A stretch of 64,000 bases of DNA from Camelus dromedarius. Taxonomy: Eukaryota. Position 1 is the stretch's first letter. Every line of letters starts with the position of its first letter. The notes under the pieces were generated by a model. The model saw only the letters and a program-made list of their open reading frames with translations. It had not been told where the DNA came from and did not search any database. Position numbers and translations under genes: made by a program. Of the stretch, positions 1-13,697 are shown in pieces. The stretch covers positions 66,404,001 through 66,468,000 of the forward strand of contig NC_087436.1 in assembly GCF_036321535.1 (NCBI RefSeq), written 5' to 3'.

Positions 1-1904
1 TTTTTTCATGCCAATACTTTTTACCTGAAGAATACACCATAGCAATTTCTCAATATGTCACCCATACAAAGTAACGGTATAGAAAATCTTAGCATTCTTT
101 ATTTATTTGCAAATTTTAAATTAATAGCTTCATATTTTAAAATTACATATTAACAAATATTTATTGACTTGCTATGTGCAGAATTATATGTTAGAAAAAT
201 TGGAGTTTGGCAATATGTTTTCGAGATCTGACACAGGACTATAGTATCCTTACAAAAATTACTTGAAATCTTTATGCCCATCTTAGCACCTCTAAATTTT
301 TCTATACATGTTGAAAACAGAATCAGTTATTCTACTGGCTTTTAAAAAAATGTAGTTTGACTATTTTCAAAGTAAATGATTAAGTAATTATTTTAGGATT
401 TAGGCTCTGCTAAAGTTGGTTATATTTGAAACCAAAAATGAACATTTTTAATGTACTTGTTTATTTAATTATATTAATTTTTCAAAGCTTCTGGTAGTGT
501 TTGACTCATAAAAGATTCAAATATTCTATTTCTTTGCTCAACAATTTCAAAAACAAAACATCTATGGTAATAGCACATATTTTGAGCATGATGAGTAGAT
601 ATAATTGCATAAACTCATTTGGACAGAAACAATCTTTTTCTCGCATTTTCACTACGTAGAAAGGAGGCAGAAATTGCAGAACAGATAGAGATTAGTGAAT
701 AACTAAAATTGCATCACATGTGGGATCTTTTATGTAACAAGCCTCCTTGAATTTACATAATAACAAAGGGCAGAAAGTAGAATGGGCCAGATCCAAATTA
801 GGGCTTCCTATTGAATTGTAGAATGTGTGGAATATATTTGAGTTGGTGGGGATAGCATAAGTAAATTTGAAAAATTCTTTCTCTTGTCTTTAATTTTCCA
901 GGGGCAAGTTTCTAGGTTCAAAAAGCAGAATGAAGTGAAATGTACTTTGAGAAGCATCAATGTGCTTTTCTGACATTTTAAGTAGTACAGGACCACAGCA
1001 GCTGGAATTTTTGTGCCAGAGAATAATTTTTGGAGGGAAATAATAGTCCTCCTTAGTCATTGGGTTTCTGTTGCTTTGAATTTCTCAGCATTTAGTAGAC
1101 CCAAAGAGTCTAACTTAATTTTTTACTTCTCAGTCATTTTGGTAATTACGTTGATACGGTGTTTTTTTTTTAATATTCAGAGACTACAGACACATATGCA
1201 CAGTTTTAGGTGTACAATTACATCAACATTTATTTAGAACTAATACCAATTTTTTTCATCTGAGTGAAGTACTTCAGTGGGTAAATACATTTATCCTTTT
1301 GAGAAAACATCATGGCAGACACTTCCTGAAAACTTTAATAGTCAAAAAATGTCTTTTCTATCATAAATTTAGCTAGATACAAAAATCTGGGCTCACAGTT
1401 GATTTTGCTCACATTTTATAAATATTTGTATATTCTTTCTTACTTTTCAATATTGAAGATGAGAAGTCTATTAACATGTATTAGTACTTTTAGTTAAAAG
1501 CAAGTTCTCTTTCTCTGAAGATTTGTATCTAACTCACAAATTCTTATTAACAGACATATGATTTTAAATATTATTTCCCATTAACAAATAAGGGCTTTAA
1601 AATAATTCTATGAAAGCCATTTTTTAATCTGAATTTAGTCCAAATTTTAAATTTCAATTAATATTTTGTCCTTTCTGTAAGTAATCTTTTAGCAAAAATA
1701 TAAAACTCGACTAGTTGTATCACTTCTATTAATATATTTGTATTAATGTAACAAAATCAAGATTTTATAAATCATAATTACTATTTTAATATATTAAAAT
1801 AAATATAAAACTAAATGGTAATTAGGAAATGAAATATGAATTGATATTTTAATCTTTAACAAGTTAGATTATAATTTTGAATGATAGGGTGAGCACTCTT
1901 TTTC

Positions 1905-2045
1905 TTTTAAGTATTATTTATTAAATATTTATTACTTTCTAGGTACTGTTAAAACACTGAGGCAATATAGCAAAACATAAGACATAATCTGTTATCTCAG
2001 CATTTAACATCCAATTGGGAAGAGATAGACAATGAACACTTTAAC
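1905..2045 (-). mobile_element. L2 LINE 3' fragment (ancient)
   Basis: ttattaaatatttatt...aggtactgtt...ggcaatatagcaaaacataagaca...ccaattgggaagagatagac resembles the reverse complement of the L2 3' end. Confidence 0.55.
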
Positions 2046-5011
2046 AACACCACCACCAATAAAAATATATTTTCAGGTAAATAAATAACTGGGAGCAGTT
2101 AATGTTCTTGTTAAAGAGGAGTTTTATCACACATAGGCAAAAGTGATATTTTGAGGTTTTATGATTTCTGATACAACCGAAGTATAATGGTGATTTGCTG
2201 GATGGACAATAAATAAAATATCCTTTAAAATGAAAATTAAAAATGTATTTTTAAGGATGAAGCAATAATATATTAATTATTTGTTTTATTGCTCTTTATG
2301 TTTCATATATTTTGAACAAAAAATATATTAATTGTTTTAGTTAAGAAGGAAAGTAGCAGAACTAATGTAATTCCTTTAATTATGATTCATGATCTTTTGT
2401 TCAATTTATCTACAAACAGCCTCCATAAGAATACACTCTGGTTGGATATGTTAGTATGATTGCAATGGAGATTCAGGAAAATAACTCAAAATTCAGGCAA
2501 CATTAGTTCATCCAAATTTAGTCTTTAGTACATATTTTTAATAACATGTGGTGGGGGAAGGGTTGGGATGGCTGAAATAACTCTACCTATAATAATTTCA
2601 TGGCCTGTATTTTTAACAAGGTGATGGATAAAAATTTAAGTGAAATTACTCTCAGTAAAAGCCCCAGTAAAATTTGAGTCCAACTTTTATACTATGGCAT
2701 CTGCATAAATAAATGCATTTTTATTATTGGTTTCATTAAAAAATAAGAAAAGGATGTAATTTAAAGGAAATAATTTTGCAGTTGTTAGCTGAAGTATAAC
2801 TAGATAATAGATGTTTATTTCACTAAATCTTAGAATTATAATGAATGGAAATAATTTAATATCATGTCTACCAGTCATTAGATGTTATTTATTTGGAAAT
2901 GTTTGATATTAACTAACTGCAAGATTTTGTATCTGAGACTTGATTAGAAGGGCATTGAGATTTTTCCACTACATCTCTGTTATCCACATAGCAGTGACAA
3001 GAGCATGGCATCAACCACCTGCCTAAAGACAAAATAGGGCCAGTTGGCACAGGTACAATATAGGCATTTTAAAGTTCATTAGGAAGGAGCTGGCAAGCAG
3101 CAGCAATTTTCCCTGATAAAAATCCCTTGATCATTTTAGAGGAAATGTCTTTTAATTGTATCTAGGAGTTCAAACGGACCACAAACCACTATAGTATATC
3201 AAGTCTCTATACAATCTTGCTACAGTTTAAGTGTAGCATTTTCATTACTTCTAATTTAGTTAATTACACTTTACCTACCTAAATTCCCATGGAAGTTTTC
3301 ATTGGATGCAACAGTTAATTGCCTTGTTCCAAAGAGGCATTACTGTGAGCAATTAACCTACTACTGTTCTTAGTTTTGTAATAGTTGCTTTTATTCTTGT
3401 TCCGGATGGATTCCTGTGCCAGTGTTTTAGAGCCATTTAAGAGAATAGAATATGCATGTTTTAATTCAGCCCTGATATATTTAATGTGTGAATTATGATG
3501 TATACTAATTCTTGAAGTGTTTTATCAATATCACATTTTTGTATTAATGTACTGTAAATTAAATTTCTGTATTTTCTCTTAATTTAAAATGCAAGTCTAT
3601 GTGTGTGGGCAAATAACTTTAATAAATAAGTAAGGAATTACATAAAAATGAAAGCACACTAATAGATTATAATGTTGAAATTAAGCAGAATGTATAGCAA
3701 TGGTAATCTACCATAGGTTATATTGATTGCATGGCAATGGTAATTAAGCATAAATAAGACACAATTCATGTAAATGATGATCATTTCACTTTTAAATAAA
3801 AATTAGAAACAAAGTATTTGGGAAGGCAGTTATAGAAGAGAAAAATTGAACTATGCAAAAACAAAAAAAAGCAATTCTAAGATCGTGCTTAAGACCCCTT
3901 AACTCACACTGATGTAAACAGATGGTTGTCTCCTCTGCTTTAGGATCTAGTGTGTAGGAACACAGCAACAGAAAGTGCCTACATTTTGGAAGTCTTGACA
4001 ACGAACTGATACTCTGACTCCTCTTCCAAAGCGTCCAGTCAGACCAAAGAGTAACATCAGTAATTGCTTCTCTTATACCACTGACTAGCCACAAATCAGT
4101 TGGTGCCTAGAAACAGGTTCCTAGAAATAGTAAAAAGAAGCGGGTGACAACTTTAGAAATTAAGGGGAAAATATTATTTTATTTGGGTCTCTAGCAGTCG
4201 CCTTATTCCATCTCGCAGTGGCAGGGTAAGAAGTGCATTTTCTGCTGTCCCAACTCTAAGTGTCATCCTTGATGTCAGCTCTCATGACAGATTTAATAAC
4301 CAATCATCTTTCCTTCCATAGCAACTCTCCCTCCTCTTATATTTTTGTTAATTAATTTCAAATTAATATAGAAACTTTTACCCCAGCATTCATTTAGACA
4401 TCTCTCTCTCTCCAACCCTATCTACTACCACTTTCATAAAACCATAAGACCACCTGTGATCTTCCAAGCAAGAGATGATCATTGTTTTCTTTGACTCCAT
4501 AGTTGTTTGCATTTCATAACATTTGCCAATCTTCTGTCTTGTAATTTTTGTGCAAAAATCTTCTTTCTCTCTCTAAATTATAAACTCTCATAGACCAAGA
4601 ACTTCTCCATTTCCTTTTTCCTTCTAGTCACTGGATCATATTAGTAAATGGATGATTGAATATCTTTTTCAAATGTATTTAAGCATTTAACTACATACTT
4701 CATCCAAACTGTGGGCTAAATTCTAATGCTGGTATCTGGCAATAGACTGGTTTGGGAAATATATGGATGCCTATATGACGATCATCTTTTGGAAACCAAG
4801 TTTCTTTTTCCAAGTAATACTGGAATCAGCAATTATATGCATTTTATGTGGTAAAGAAGCTTACTCAAAATGTGTTATTTTATTAATTACTTTGTTGGGT
4901 AAGTGGGGATGGATTTGTAGCCAAAATGATTTAGTTCAAGACCCAAACTGATAAGTCTTTTCAAACCAAACTCTTCCCTTTGGCCACTCTGGTATGAATT
5001 GTTCTCTTCCT

Positions 5012-5413
5012 CTTGGGCTGTCCTAGGTTAGGGTTCCTGGAAAACTAACCCTGAGATGGAGACTATTTTGCAGGCAATATACTAGGGAGGGCTTTCTGAA
5101 CAAAACTAAAAAACCTGGGCAAAAAGCGAAATTGAATTGCATTTCGGCCCCAGTAAAGGTCTCACCTGATCCAAAATGCTTTTTGAACTGGGATGTCCCT
5201 GTAGAGTTGTCCTGAATTGAAGCAAGGAGAAAGAGATTTTGTACTCCTAGTTAGGTCATCCTAAAGGAACGCGTAGCCTTAAGCGAAGGAGCTCTTTTTT
5301 CAGCAAGAAGCAGTAGACCAGGAAGGACTGAGCAGCCAAGCCTCCTAGCAGCTGAGGAAAAGAGCGCCTCAGTCCCCAGGCAGTGGTCTGGTAGCACCAC
5401 AGCATCCACTGCA
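5012..5413 (-). mobile_element. ERVL solo LTR, LTR16A-like
   Basis: gggttcctggaaaactaaccctgagatggaga...ctgggatgtccctgtagagttgtcctgaattgaagcaagg...gcaccacagcatccactgca matches the recalled LTR16 family layout and termini. Confidence 0.75.
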
Positions 5414-7450
5414 TGGGTTCCCCATTCACAGAAATCCACCTCCTATTCGCAACCTTTGCTCCCTGCAGATTTTTGAAACCTGGGTTTACCTGCCTCTCTG
5501 TCACTTCCACAGAGGGAAAAGAAAAATCCTCTTTTTGTATATCACCATACCAGGTATCACCACTCCCTTTAAGTTGGGAATGACCTTTATGAAGATGATA
5601 ACACTTTATAAAAAACCTTTTGTCTAATAACACACTTGGAAGGGGGGTGCAGATTATAACTAACAAATTCTATTTCCTCTTCTATGCATAGAAAATTTGT
5701 CACAGACTAATTTTTTATTAATTTAAATACTCAACTAAGCCCAGTTTCTTCCTTTGGATATAAATATCAAACTAACTTAGAAAGATAAAATATGGATCTA
5801 AAACCTGTACTCTTTTTTGCATCTGATGGTGGGATATGACCCTGAGTATTTGAAGAGGGTCTCTGGGATGGCAATGCGACTCAGGAAGGTAGAAGTCAGT
5901 GACTTTTGTCTGAGTGACAAAGCCAAAATAATGAAATGACAGAAGCTCACTGTGTGAAAATTATTTTTCTGAATGCCTAAATACTTACATACTTTTATAT
6001 CATTAAAAATAAGGGCAGAGAAATCCCAAATTAGATTTTGACAAAGTGAAATTATAGAGGAAGATAATATATTGAACTAGATAATGACTCTCAGTCTCAA
6101 GCCATTTCAGACAGTATGCACAGGAAGCATTTCCACATGAAGGGAGTAACTAAAGATGATTGCCTTTCACAAAATATCAGATAAAAGTGGGTCCAAAAAT
6201 ATCAAGCTACAAATTTAGGCCGTGGCCTCTCTGTGTAAGTATCCCACTAACATTATAATTTGAGCTAAACACTGTCTTTGTGGTGAGTTGAAGAAGATTC
6301 CAATTTGTCACTTCAAAGGGCTGAGCTAAGCCACTTGAGTGAAGTTTGCCCGTGGATACCTCCACCATTTCTGCTCATTTCTGTTGTCAAATTTGTTGTG
6401 TATATTTTTTTTCTTTTCAGCGAGGAGGTTAATTTAATCCTGAAAATTTTAATGTACCACTAAGCACAAATGTGTAATAAGAGATCTCTTAAGTGAGCAG
6501 ATTCTACTCTTTTGTGGATGTACTCAACCTTGCTTTTTCTTTGTGAGACACGGCCTTTGCTTTCTGTTCCTTGATACAACATTGAACACCCAGGAGTAAA
6601 TGTTTAGTCCCCACCATCTGGCTCTTATTGCTTGACAAGTAACAACTCACATTTTCCCCTTGATTCTCACTGAAGGTTAGAAATATTTAAATTTTTTGCA
6701 TATATAGCAAAACTTAATGTGTCATGGTTCAGCTCTTGTCACAATAATATAAACTGCAATAATAAAATATACTCTTAGAGTTTACTTTAAATTATTATTT
6801 ATATTTATAGTCCTACATTGGCTCACATTATAAAATGTTTTCAACAATTTCAGAGACAGGGCTAAGGAGAAGTATTTTGCTTTGTGTGCATGCATGTGTG
6901 TGTATGTGTGACTAGGGTAACACTATTACATTTCAAAACTATTATACATAGCTGTGATTACCAGGACCCAAACAGTGATTAAATTACTCAGTTATTTAAG
7001 AAACATTTTATTATTAGATTTATGTTATCTTGATTCACTTTTTTTTTTTTTTAACTATTTCAGTATAACTTGGGCATCAAAAGACCTTACAAGCATTTGG
7101 GACAAACAATGTTTCATTGATACCAATACCCTAATTGTGTTTTCCCATTTTCTCATACTGGATCAAATCTTGTCCTCCAAAAATGTGTACATATTTTACC
7201 ATAGACAAGTATTTGTTGCAAAGCCCAGAGCGGTCTTGCTTGTATCCATAAACCCATCTGCTCTGCCTTTAATTGTTTCCTCTCCACCTAGTCCACCTCT
7301 GCTGCACTCTGTGCCTATGGACGGGACCCTCATCCACCTAGCTGTCTTGTAGCACGACGACTCTTGATGGTCTTTGCTGAGTGACATAGCAGCGGGCAGG
7401 TCCTGCCCTGCAAAGGCCTATGAATACTTTGAGGAGTATATTTTATTTGA

Positions 7451-8058
7451 TGTGGGAGCCCATGATTGGATTAACAAATTGTAACAGATCCCAGCCGCTT
7501 ATCTCCTTAAAGAAGATGTGCTTAGTAACTGCCTTGAGGTTTTAGCAATGACCCAGGCCCTTGGCTATAAATGCTGGGCGTGCCTGCTGTTAGATAGTCT
7601 TCTATCCCCAAAACAACCTTGGGCTGGAACGGTAAACAACTTATAAAAAGCTGCAGACTCGGGGTGCAAAGGCTGGTTAGCCAATGACGGGTAAGATCCC
7701 CCGAGGCGGGGCAACCTAAGAGAGGCAAAGCCGCCTGAATCCAAGTTGTTAAGCAGCTGATTCTCACACGTTCCGCCCTGATAAGCTGAAAGGCTCAACA
7801 CAACATGATTCACCAAAAAGGGTCTTCTGACCTTGAGCCAAACACCAACAATAAACAAAGCCTTTGTACTCATTGTGATCCCACCCTGTCCTTCCCTAAA
7901 TTCCTGCATTCCTCCTTTGACTGTACTCAATAAAATATGGGAACATTTGAGAGGCTCGTGGAGTTGGCTCCTGACTCCCTCTCCCTCTCTTGACTTTTCC
8001 ACAGAGTCTTGAGTAATTCATTCCATCTCGGTGGGACTTCTGCCGGCCAGAACCCACA
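7451..8058 (+). mobile_element. Lineage-specific ERV solo LTR (probably ERV2/beta-like)
   Basis: Terminal inverted repeats TGTGGG...CCCACA; 6-bp flanks atttga/atatga (TSD with 1 mismatch); CCAAT at 7681, TATA-like and AATAAA motifs; GC/CpG-rich relative to flanks. Confidence 0.8.
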
Positions 8059-8281
8059 ATATGATTTACTTTAGTCGTACTATTAAAACTTATGATGTTT
8101 GAGGCTTCCCAAAGATCATGAAATAGGAATACTTCTTTCAGGGTTAACCTCACTGGTGGTTGTGAGGGTGATTGAGGTTGTATTTCAATAGGGAAGTTGT
8201 TTGGGCACTGACATTTATCATTTATTTAGGTAAATTTTGAGTTCATTAAGATAGTTACTCCAGTTTTCTCTCTTTGTCTCC

Positions 8282-8282
<1 letters not shown>

Positions 8283-8319
<37 letters not shown>
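8283..8319. repeat. (TC)n(CA)n microsatellite
   Basis: Seen directly. Confidence 0.95.
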
Positions 8320-8323
<4 letters not shown>

Positions 8324-8479
8324 GCTCCTGTCTTTGTCAGTGTGAACACTGGCTCACATTGGCAGATCAGCTGCCCTGTGGTGCACAAAATCACGACTGT
8401 ACTCCAACATCCATGGCTCACTGTGTATACTCAGTACTCCTTTATGAGAAATTCTATTTCAGGGACTGTGTCCAGATAA

Positions 8480-8660
8480 TTTGACTCTATGCTTTTAGAT
8501 CCATTTCTTACTGTATTCTTAGTATGCTCTGTACTGGGGCAGAGAGAGGGGGAAGCTGACACCTGAAACATTGGATTTTATAAGTACTTTTGTAAGCTGT
8601 CTTCCAGCTGGATTAAGCCTATGAAAGGTATTGACAAAAGAATGTATGGCAAGAAAATGA
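8480..8660 (+). mobile_element. Degraded ERVL LTR fragment (LTR33-like)
   Basis: tgctctgtactgg...aagctgacacctg...ctgtcttccagctggattaagcctatgaaagg weakly resembles the LTR33 5' part. Confidence 0.35.
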
Positions 8661-9439
8661 ACTGCTCATTTTCATCTAAATCTACTTTTTATTACACTTT
8701 TATTTCCAAAATGCAGGATCTTATAGAACTACCTAAAGCATTCAGTATTAGATTTTTTGCTTTTTGTTTCCTTATTTCTAAAATTTCATTAGAGATCACA
8801 CCTTCTTGTGTGCCTCTAGTATCATGGGAAGGAAAATTGTCCTCAATTTCTTTTCCCATTCCTTTAACCTCCTCCCAAAGAATTAAATTACCTGTTAAAT
8901 ATATCATTAACAGCCTTAACCTCTTTCTAGAACATATAAAAAAAACCAAAATGCAAAGTGAGTTTAAGTACCCATGACTCTCATTAAAGAGCATTCTGCT
9001 TTCAAAGACTCTAAAGCCCTTAACAGTGAGTCTGACTCTTCCACTTGGAGCTGCCGGCAAAGGTTAGCATCAAGGTGTGCTGTGGCATATCTGTTGTCTC
9101 TTTCTGTTCCAAAATGGAATAGAAAAGAGGTCCCCATTCTATGAACAAAGGCACAGTTTCTTTGCATGACTTCCAGATGAAGAGGAGCCAGCAAGTTTGT
9201 TCAGATGGGGCTTCTGATGTGCACAGCAGACTCCAGAACCTTTCTTTCAAGGAGGAGCTCCAGATGCCATCAAACTGATCATAGGCATTTCTCCCCATTT
9301 AATAATACACAAAATGCCAGAAGCTTTGCTATAGATTTTTGTTTCCACCCATATTATAAGCATGTCTGAGGGATATGAAAATAAGATGAGAAATTATAGA
9401 TAATTTTCCCAACCATATCAAAAGAATTCACTTTAATGC

Positions 9440-9912
9440 CTGAACAACTTAGTTTTTATTGCATAACAAACATTTCAAACAAAACAATTTCTTCGAGTCA
9501 CATGTTTACAATCTGGAAATTTGGGCTAACCTCAGAAAAGCATATTCCTGGTCTAGTTCAGACTCAGCTAATCTCAGCTGGGAATGACTCATGCATGTGT
9601 TGTCATTCAGATGCCATGAGAGTGAGGGCTTGACTGAATACAGACTGGGACACTCAGATCGTCTCCATGTGGCTTCTCATCCTCCAGCACACTGTCCCTG
9701 ATGTCACCCACATCCTGGTTCTCAGGGTTCCAACAGCATCAAGACCCAGTGCACAAGTTCTTGTCATCTTTTGCACGTGTCATATTTGCCATGTCCCACT
9801 GGTCAAAGGGACTCCCATGACCTGCACAGGCTCAGTGTGGGAAGAACTACCAAAAGTCCTGGACAAAAAGAAGGGAATGATGTGTGGCCATTTTTGCAAT
9901 CATCTACCTATA
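9440..9912 (-). mobile_element. MaLR LTR, MLT1G/H-like
   Basis: attgcataacaaac...ggaaatttgggct...ctccatgtggcttctcatcctccagca...atttgccatgtcccactggtcaaag...tgtggccatttttgcaatc is typical of MLT1G/H on the reverse strand. Confidence 0.75.
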
Positions 9913-10251
9913 ATTAGGGGATCTTAGAAGTGAAAGAGAACTGATTAATCATGTAGGTTTGATTAAAAATTCTGCAGTCATCTACAAAACATCCCTAAAG
10001 TTAAAAACAATTGACTTTCATGAGTATTACTATACACTCAAAACTAATTTTGTTCTATTTCTAAGAAAAAAGTTAACATTTCTTCTTCTTACAAACTGAC
10101 TTGTAAATGTGTGTACTGGGTCCTCTTTCCTTCCCTCTGTTTGAAAAATTTGTTCATTCACTTTTTCAATCTCTACTCCTTTCTTGTTGTTGTGCAGTAT
10201 GTTTTATGTATACTCACATTCATAGCCTATCAGAAGAAATAGTACCATCTT

Positions 10252-10408
10252 TTAAATTTTTTATTTAGTTTTATTTTGTTTAAATTTTGTTGAGGTGGAG
10301 GTAATTAGGTTTACCTATTTTATTTTTTTAATGGAGTTACTGGGGATTGAACTCAGGACCTCATGCATGCTAAACACACACTCTACCACTGAGCTATACT
10401 GTCCCCCC
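10252..10408 (-). mobile_element. Camelid-type tRNA-derived SINE (Vic-1-like)
   Basis: Reverse strand reads gggggacagtatagctcagtggtagagtgtgtg...gaggtcctgagttcaatccccagtaactccatt...aaacctaattacctcc plus an A-rich tail; pol III A/B boxes; flanked by a ccatcttt direct repeat (TSD). Confidence 0.85.
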
Positions 10409-11556
10409 ATCCCATCTTTAAGTGATATCCCTCTTCTATGTGATCACGTTCATCAGATTGTTTCCATTTCTTAATCAAAGATTTTTTTTCTTGAGAAGCT
10501 AAAAAATGTGCCTTTAACAAAGACTGCATTGCATTGACTGATATCTCACCACATTCTATGTCTCTTCTCTGTCCACATTCTTCCCAGCCTCCATTTTCGT
10601 CACTGTTGCTTCTGAGTTTATGGTAGTTTTGCTGCTCGGTTTCATTTATTATTGCTTTGTATATAAATATCTGTGCCTTCTGTCTGCCTTCTCAACTTAT
10701 TCATCCGCTAATGGGCCTTGATATCAGGTTGTTCGCTAAATACACTCAACCTCAGGCACCATATATACCCCCATCTCCACTCCAATGGTTTAAAAATAGC
10801 ATGTCTTCCCACATCTTTTCACTGCTCTATTTTAAAACTTTTATTGCAGAATAGCCTGCTTGACTGTTAGTGATACTATTTTTCTTCAGGACACTATACC
10901 AAAATAATAACGAAATATAAAAGCAGTTTTAATAGTATTTTTGAAATAACCAGACATAAGCATAGAAAAGCAAGCTTCTGTCCAAATTATAATCATAAGT
11001 ATAATGGCAATTGAAAACTCAAAAGTCAGCTGTATTCCAGATCATGATGAACAGACATAATAAGGAAATATAACAACAAAAAAGAAAACAGAAGTTGGAA
11101 GTTTACCATCACCTTGTGGTAAGTAGAAAATGTACAACCATGAGACAAATTCTGGTAGAGGAATTAGAAAAATTAAAGAAAACAAGAGAAAGTGTCTTTT
11201 ACAATTTTATAAAAATAAGTGCCAACAGATTCAAATTATCTCATTATTACTATTTGAAAATATACATGGACAAACTTTCTATCTAGGAAGCTGCAAAGCT
11301 CACTAACTGTGGTAGTATTTGTGAATTGGATTATGATTATAAGATTAATGACAGTTTGCTGTGTAGACTGCTCTATTTCATGAAGCCAGCAAGGAACATT
11401 GAGGCCAACCTCCACAATGTTGGAGGCTGAAAATAAATACACTTCATACCCCTTTATGAGCCTGGGTTTGAGAAGAACTGAACACTGAGCCTTAGGTATT
11501 TTGCAATAATTCATCTTTGGATATTAGTCTTAAGAAATTCTAACATATGCTCTTTA

Positions 11557-11558
<2 letters not shown>

Positions 11559-11595
<37 letters not shown>
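11559..11595. repeat. (TG)n microsatellite
   Basis: Seen directly. Confidence 0.95.
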
Positions 11596-11597
<2 letters not shown>

Positions 11598-12124
11598 CAT
11601 ACACAAAGGAATATTTCCCTTTCTTCTTAGATGTAAAAACCCACTCAAGTTCAAAAGTTTAAGCTCCATACCTATATGCTCAACCAGTGCTATCATAATT
11701 TGCTTATGAGTAGTAATGATAGGAGACTGGTTAATTCCGCCTTTTTTTTTTTTAATTTCAAGGGACAAGAATTAATAACAAAAATAATCGGGAAATAGAA
11801 ATTAGCTTTATAAACTTCTTACTAGTTTTTGGTTCTGCATGTGTAGAAGATAAAACATAGATATTAAAATTTCCATTGATAACAAGCAAGAAACCCTTAT
11901 CTTTAGTTATCTGAAAGGTTGTGTGATAACATGGTTAGTATGCATTTTACTGACTACTTTATTCTGATTATTTTTAGCTTTTAGAAAAATTTTAATGTTT
12001 TCCAATTTAGTACCTAAGAATCTACTTCATATAAATTCCAATTCGCTTTAAATAAGATTAGCAAAAACACATTTCACCTATTTATGTTCTTCTTGAAGAT
12101 TGAAAAATCAAGAAAGGAAGGGAT

Positions 12125-12447
12125 AGATGTTGCTCAGTAACAAGGTGGGATTGGTTCCAAGACATCCTCCTTCCCCACCGGATACCAAAATCCCTGGATG
12201 TTCAAGACCTTTATGTAAAATGGCATAGTATTTGCAAGTAACCTACGCACATCCTCTGGTATAGTTTAAATCATCTCTAGATTACTTGTAATACCTAATA
12301 CAATGTAAATGCTATATAAATAGTGGCCAAATGTGTGACAAATTAAAATTGTGCTTTTGGGAACATTCTGGAATTTTTTCCAAATATTTTCAAAGCAGTT
12401 CATTGAATCCCCAGATATGGAATCCAGGGATACAAGGAGCCTATTGG
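12125..12447 (+). mobile_element. MER2/MER2B TcMar-Tigger MITE
   Basis: gggattggttccaagac...gataccaaaatcc...aacctacgcacatcctc...tttaaatcatctctagattacttgtaatacctaatacaatgtaaatgctat matches the MER2 core. Confidence 0.8.
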
Positions 12448-13697
12448 ATTTAATTCCCTGAGATAATGTCTTATCTGTATGGGCAGCGTACATACACCCA
12501 TCAAGGTTCTCTTTCTCTCTGATACATTCACTATATCTATGGCATCATTTACCCTCTGAAATTTACATACATTTGACATTGTAAAAGTGCAAAGTTTTAA
12601 GAAATGTATTTAGAAAAATAGATTCATCAAATCTCCTGGTTTCCACCGAATTTTAAGCAAATGCAGTGTAATTAAAATTTATATGAAAGCATCTAGTTAT
12701 TTCCTGTTCAAATTAGGAAAAAAGAAACTGAAACAAACGTCAAGTTTTTATTCCTGCTAAGCATTTGAGTAATTTCATTAGGCCAGAAGGAGCCCTATAC
12801 AGGGTCTGATATGCAAAAACTAGATCATTGGTTCCAGGCAGTTGAATGAGGTACACTACAACTAGGAATAGTCATACATTTCGTGTACTTCATGCTGATT
12901 TAGGATTATATCAGTTATTGCAATTTAAAATTAACCTGGTCTGACTTACAAGTAAAATTATTTAATCAACTTTATAGAAAATGTATCTATAATACCATCT
13001 GAAAAAATATCTGTATAAGTATCAGAATTTTTACTTTATTTGGCTGACTGATATTACAAAAGAGAGGTTTTAAAACTAAATTTATGGTAAAATAGCTTAT
13101 TAAAGAAATCTGGTAGAAGCTTTAAATTAAATGTAAGTTCAGTTTAATGTAAGTTCAGTTTAAAGTAATTGAAGTCTTGAAAAACTCCATCTCTAATTAT
13201 TTTCATTATTGACATACTTGTTACAATGATAAATACCCAAAGTTTCTAGGACCAAAATTTGGTCAGGTTCGCCAGAATCTATACCTTTGTATATTACGAA
13301 CCATAGCATCACTATTGTGGATATTAAATATATGCCAAAAATACCATCAAAGCAGAGAAACCAGAATTTCCATTGGAAAAATTTCATATGGGGTACCTCT
13401 AGAAAGCATTCATTACAGAGAAAAATAGCAACATTTGACTTCCTTACACTTTATTTCAGTTTAGTATTATTCTTTTTGAATTATGTGACTGAGGGTTGGT
13501 GTATCTTTCCAGTGTTTAGAGCTGCTTAAATTTTTCTGATCAACCCAAACTTCTTTCTAATTCTGAATATGCTCTACCCCTCCATGTCTTCATGCATTTG
13601 TATACTTGTTCTTTGTGTTTAGAATTTTCTTTGTTTCTTTTCTTTATCTGGAAAAAAATTTTATTTAACCTTAAAGATCCAGTTCCAATAGTGAAGC

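Noticed and set aside
7522..8153. ORFs of 81-145 aa at 7.5-8.1 kb (likewise 5.2-5.7 kb and 13.7-14.2 kb)
   Set aside because: They fall within LTRs and show no gag, pol or env similarity.
10335..10408. tRNA-like sequence with A/B boxes
   Set aside because: Head of a SINE with tail and TSD, not a tRNA gene.
13193..13387. Hydrophobic 64-aa ORF and a possible 27-nt minus-strand micro-exon
   Set aside because: Weak splice signals; hydrophobicity is expected from T-rich DNA; no homology recognised.
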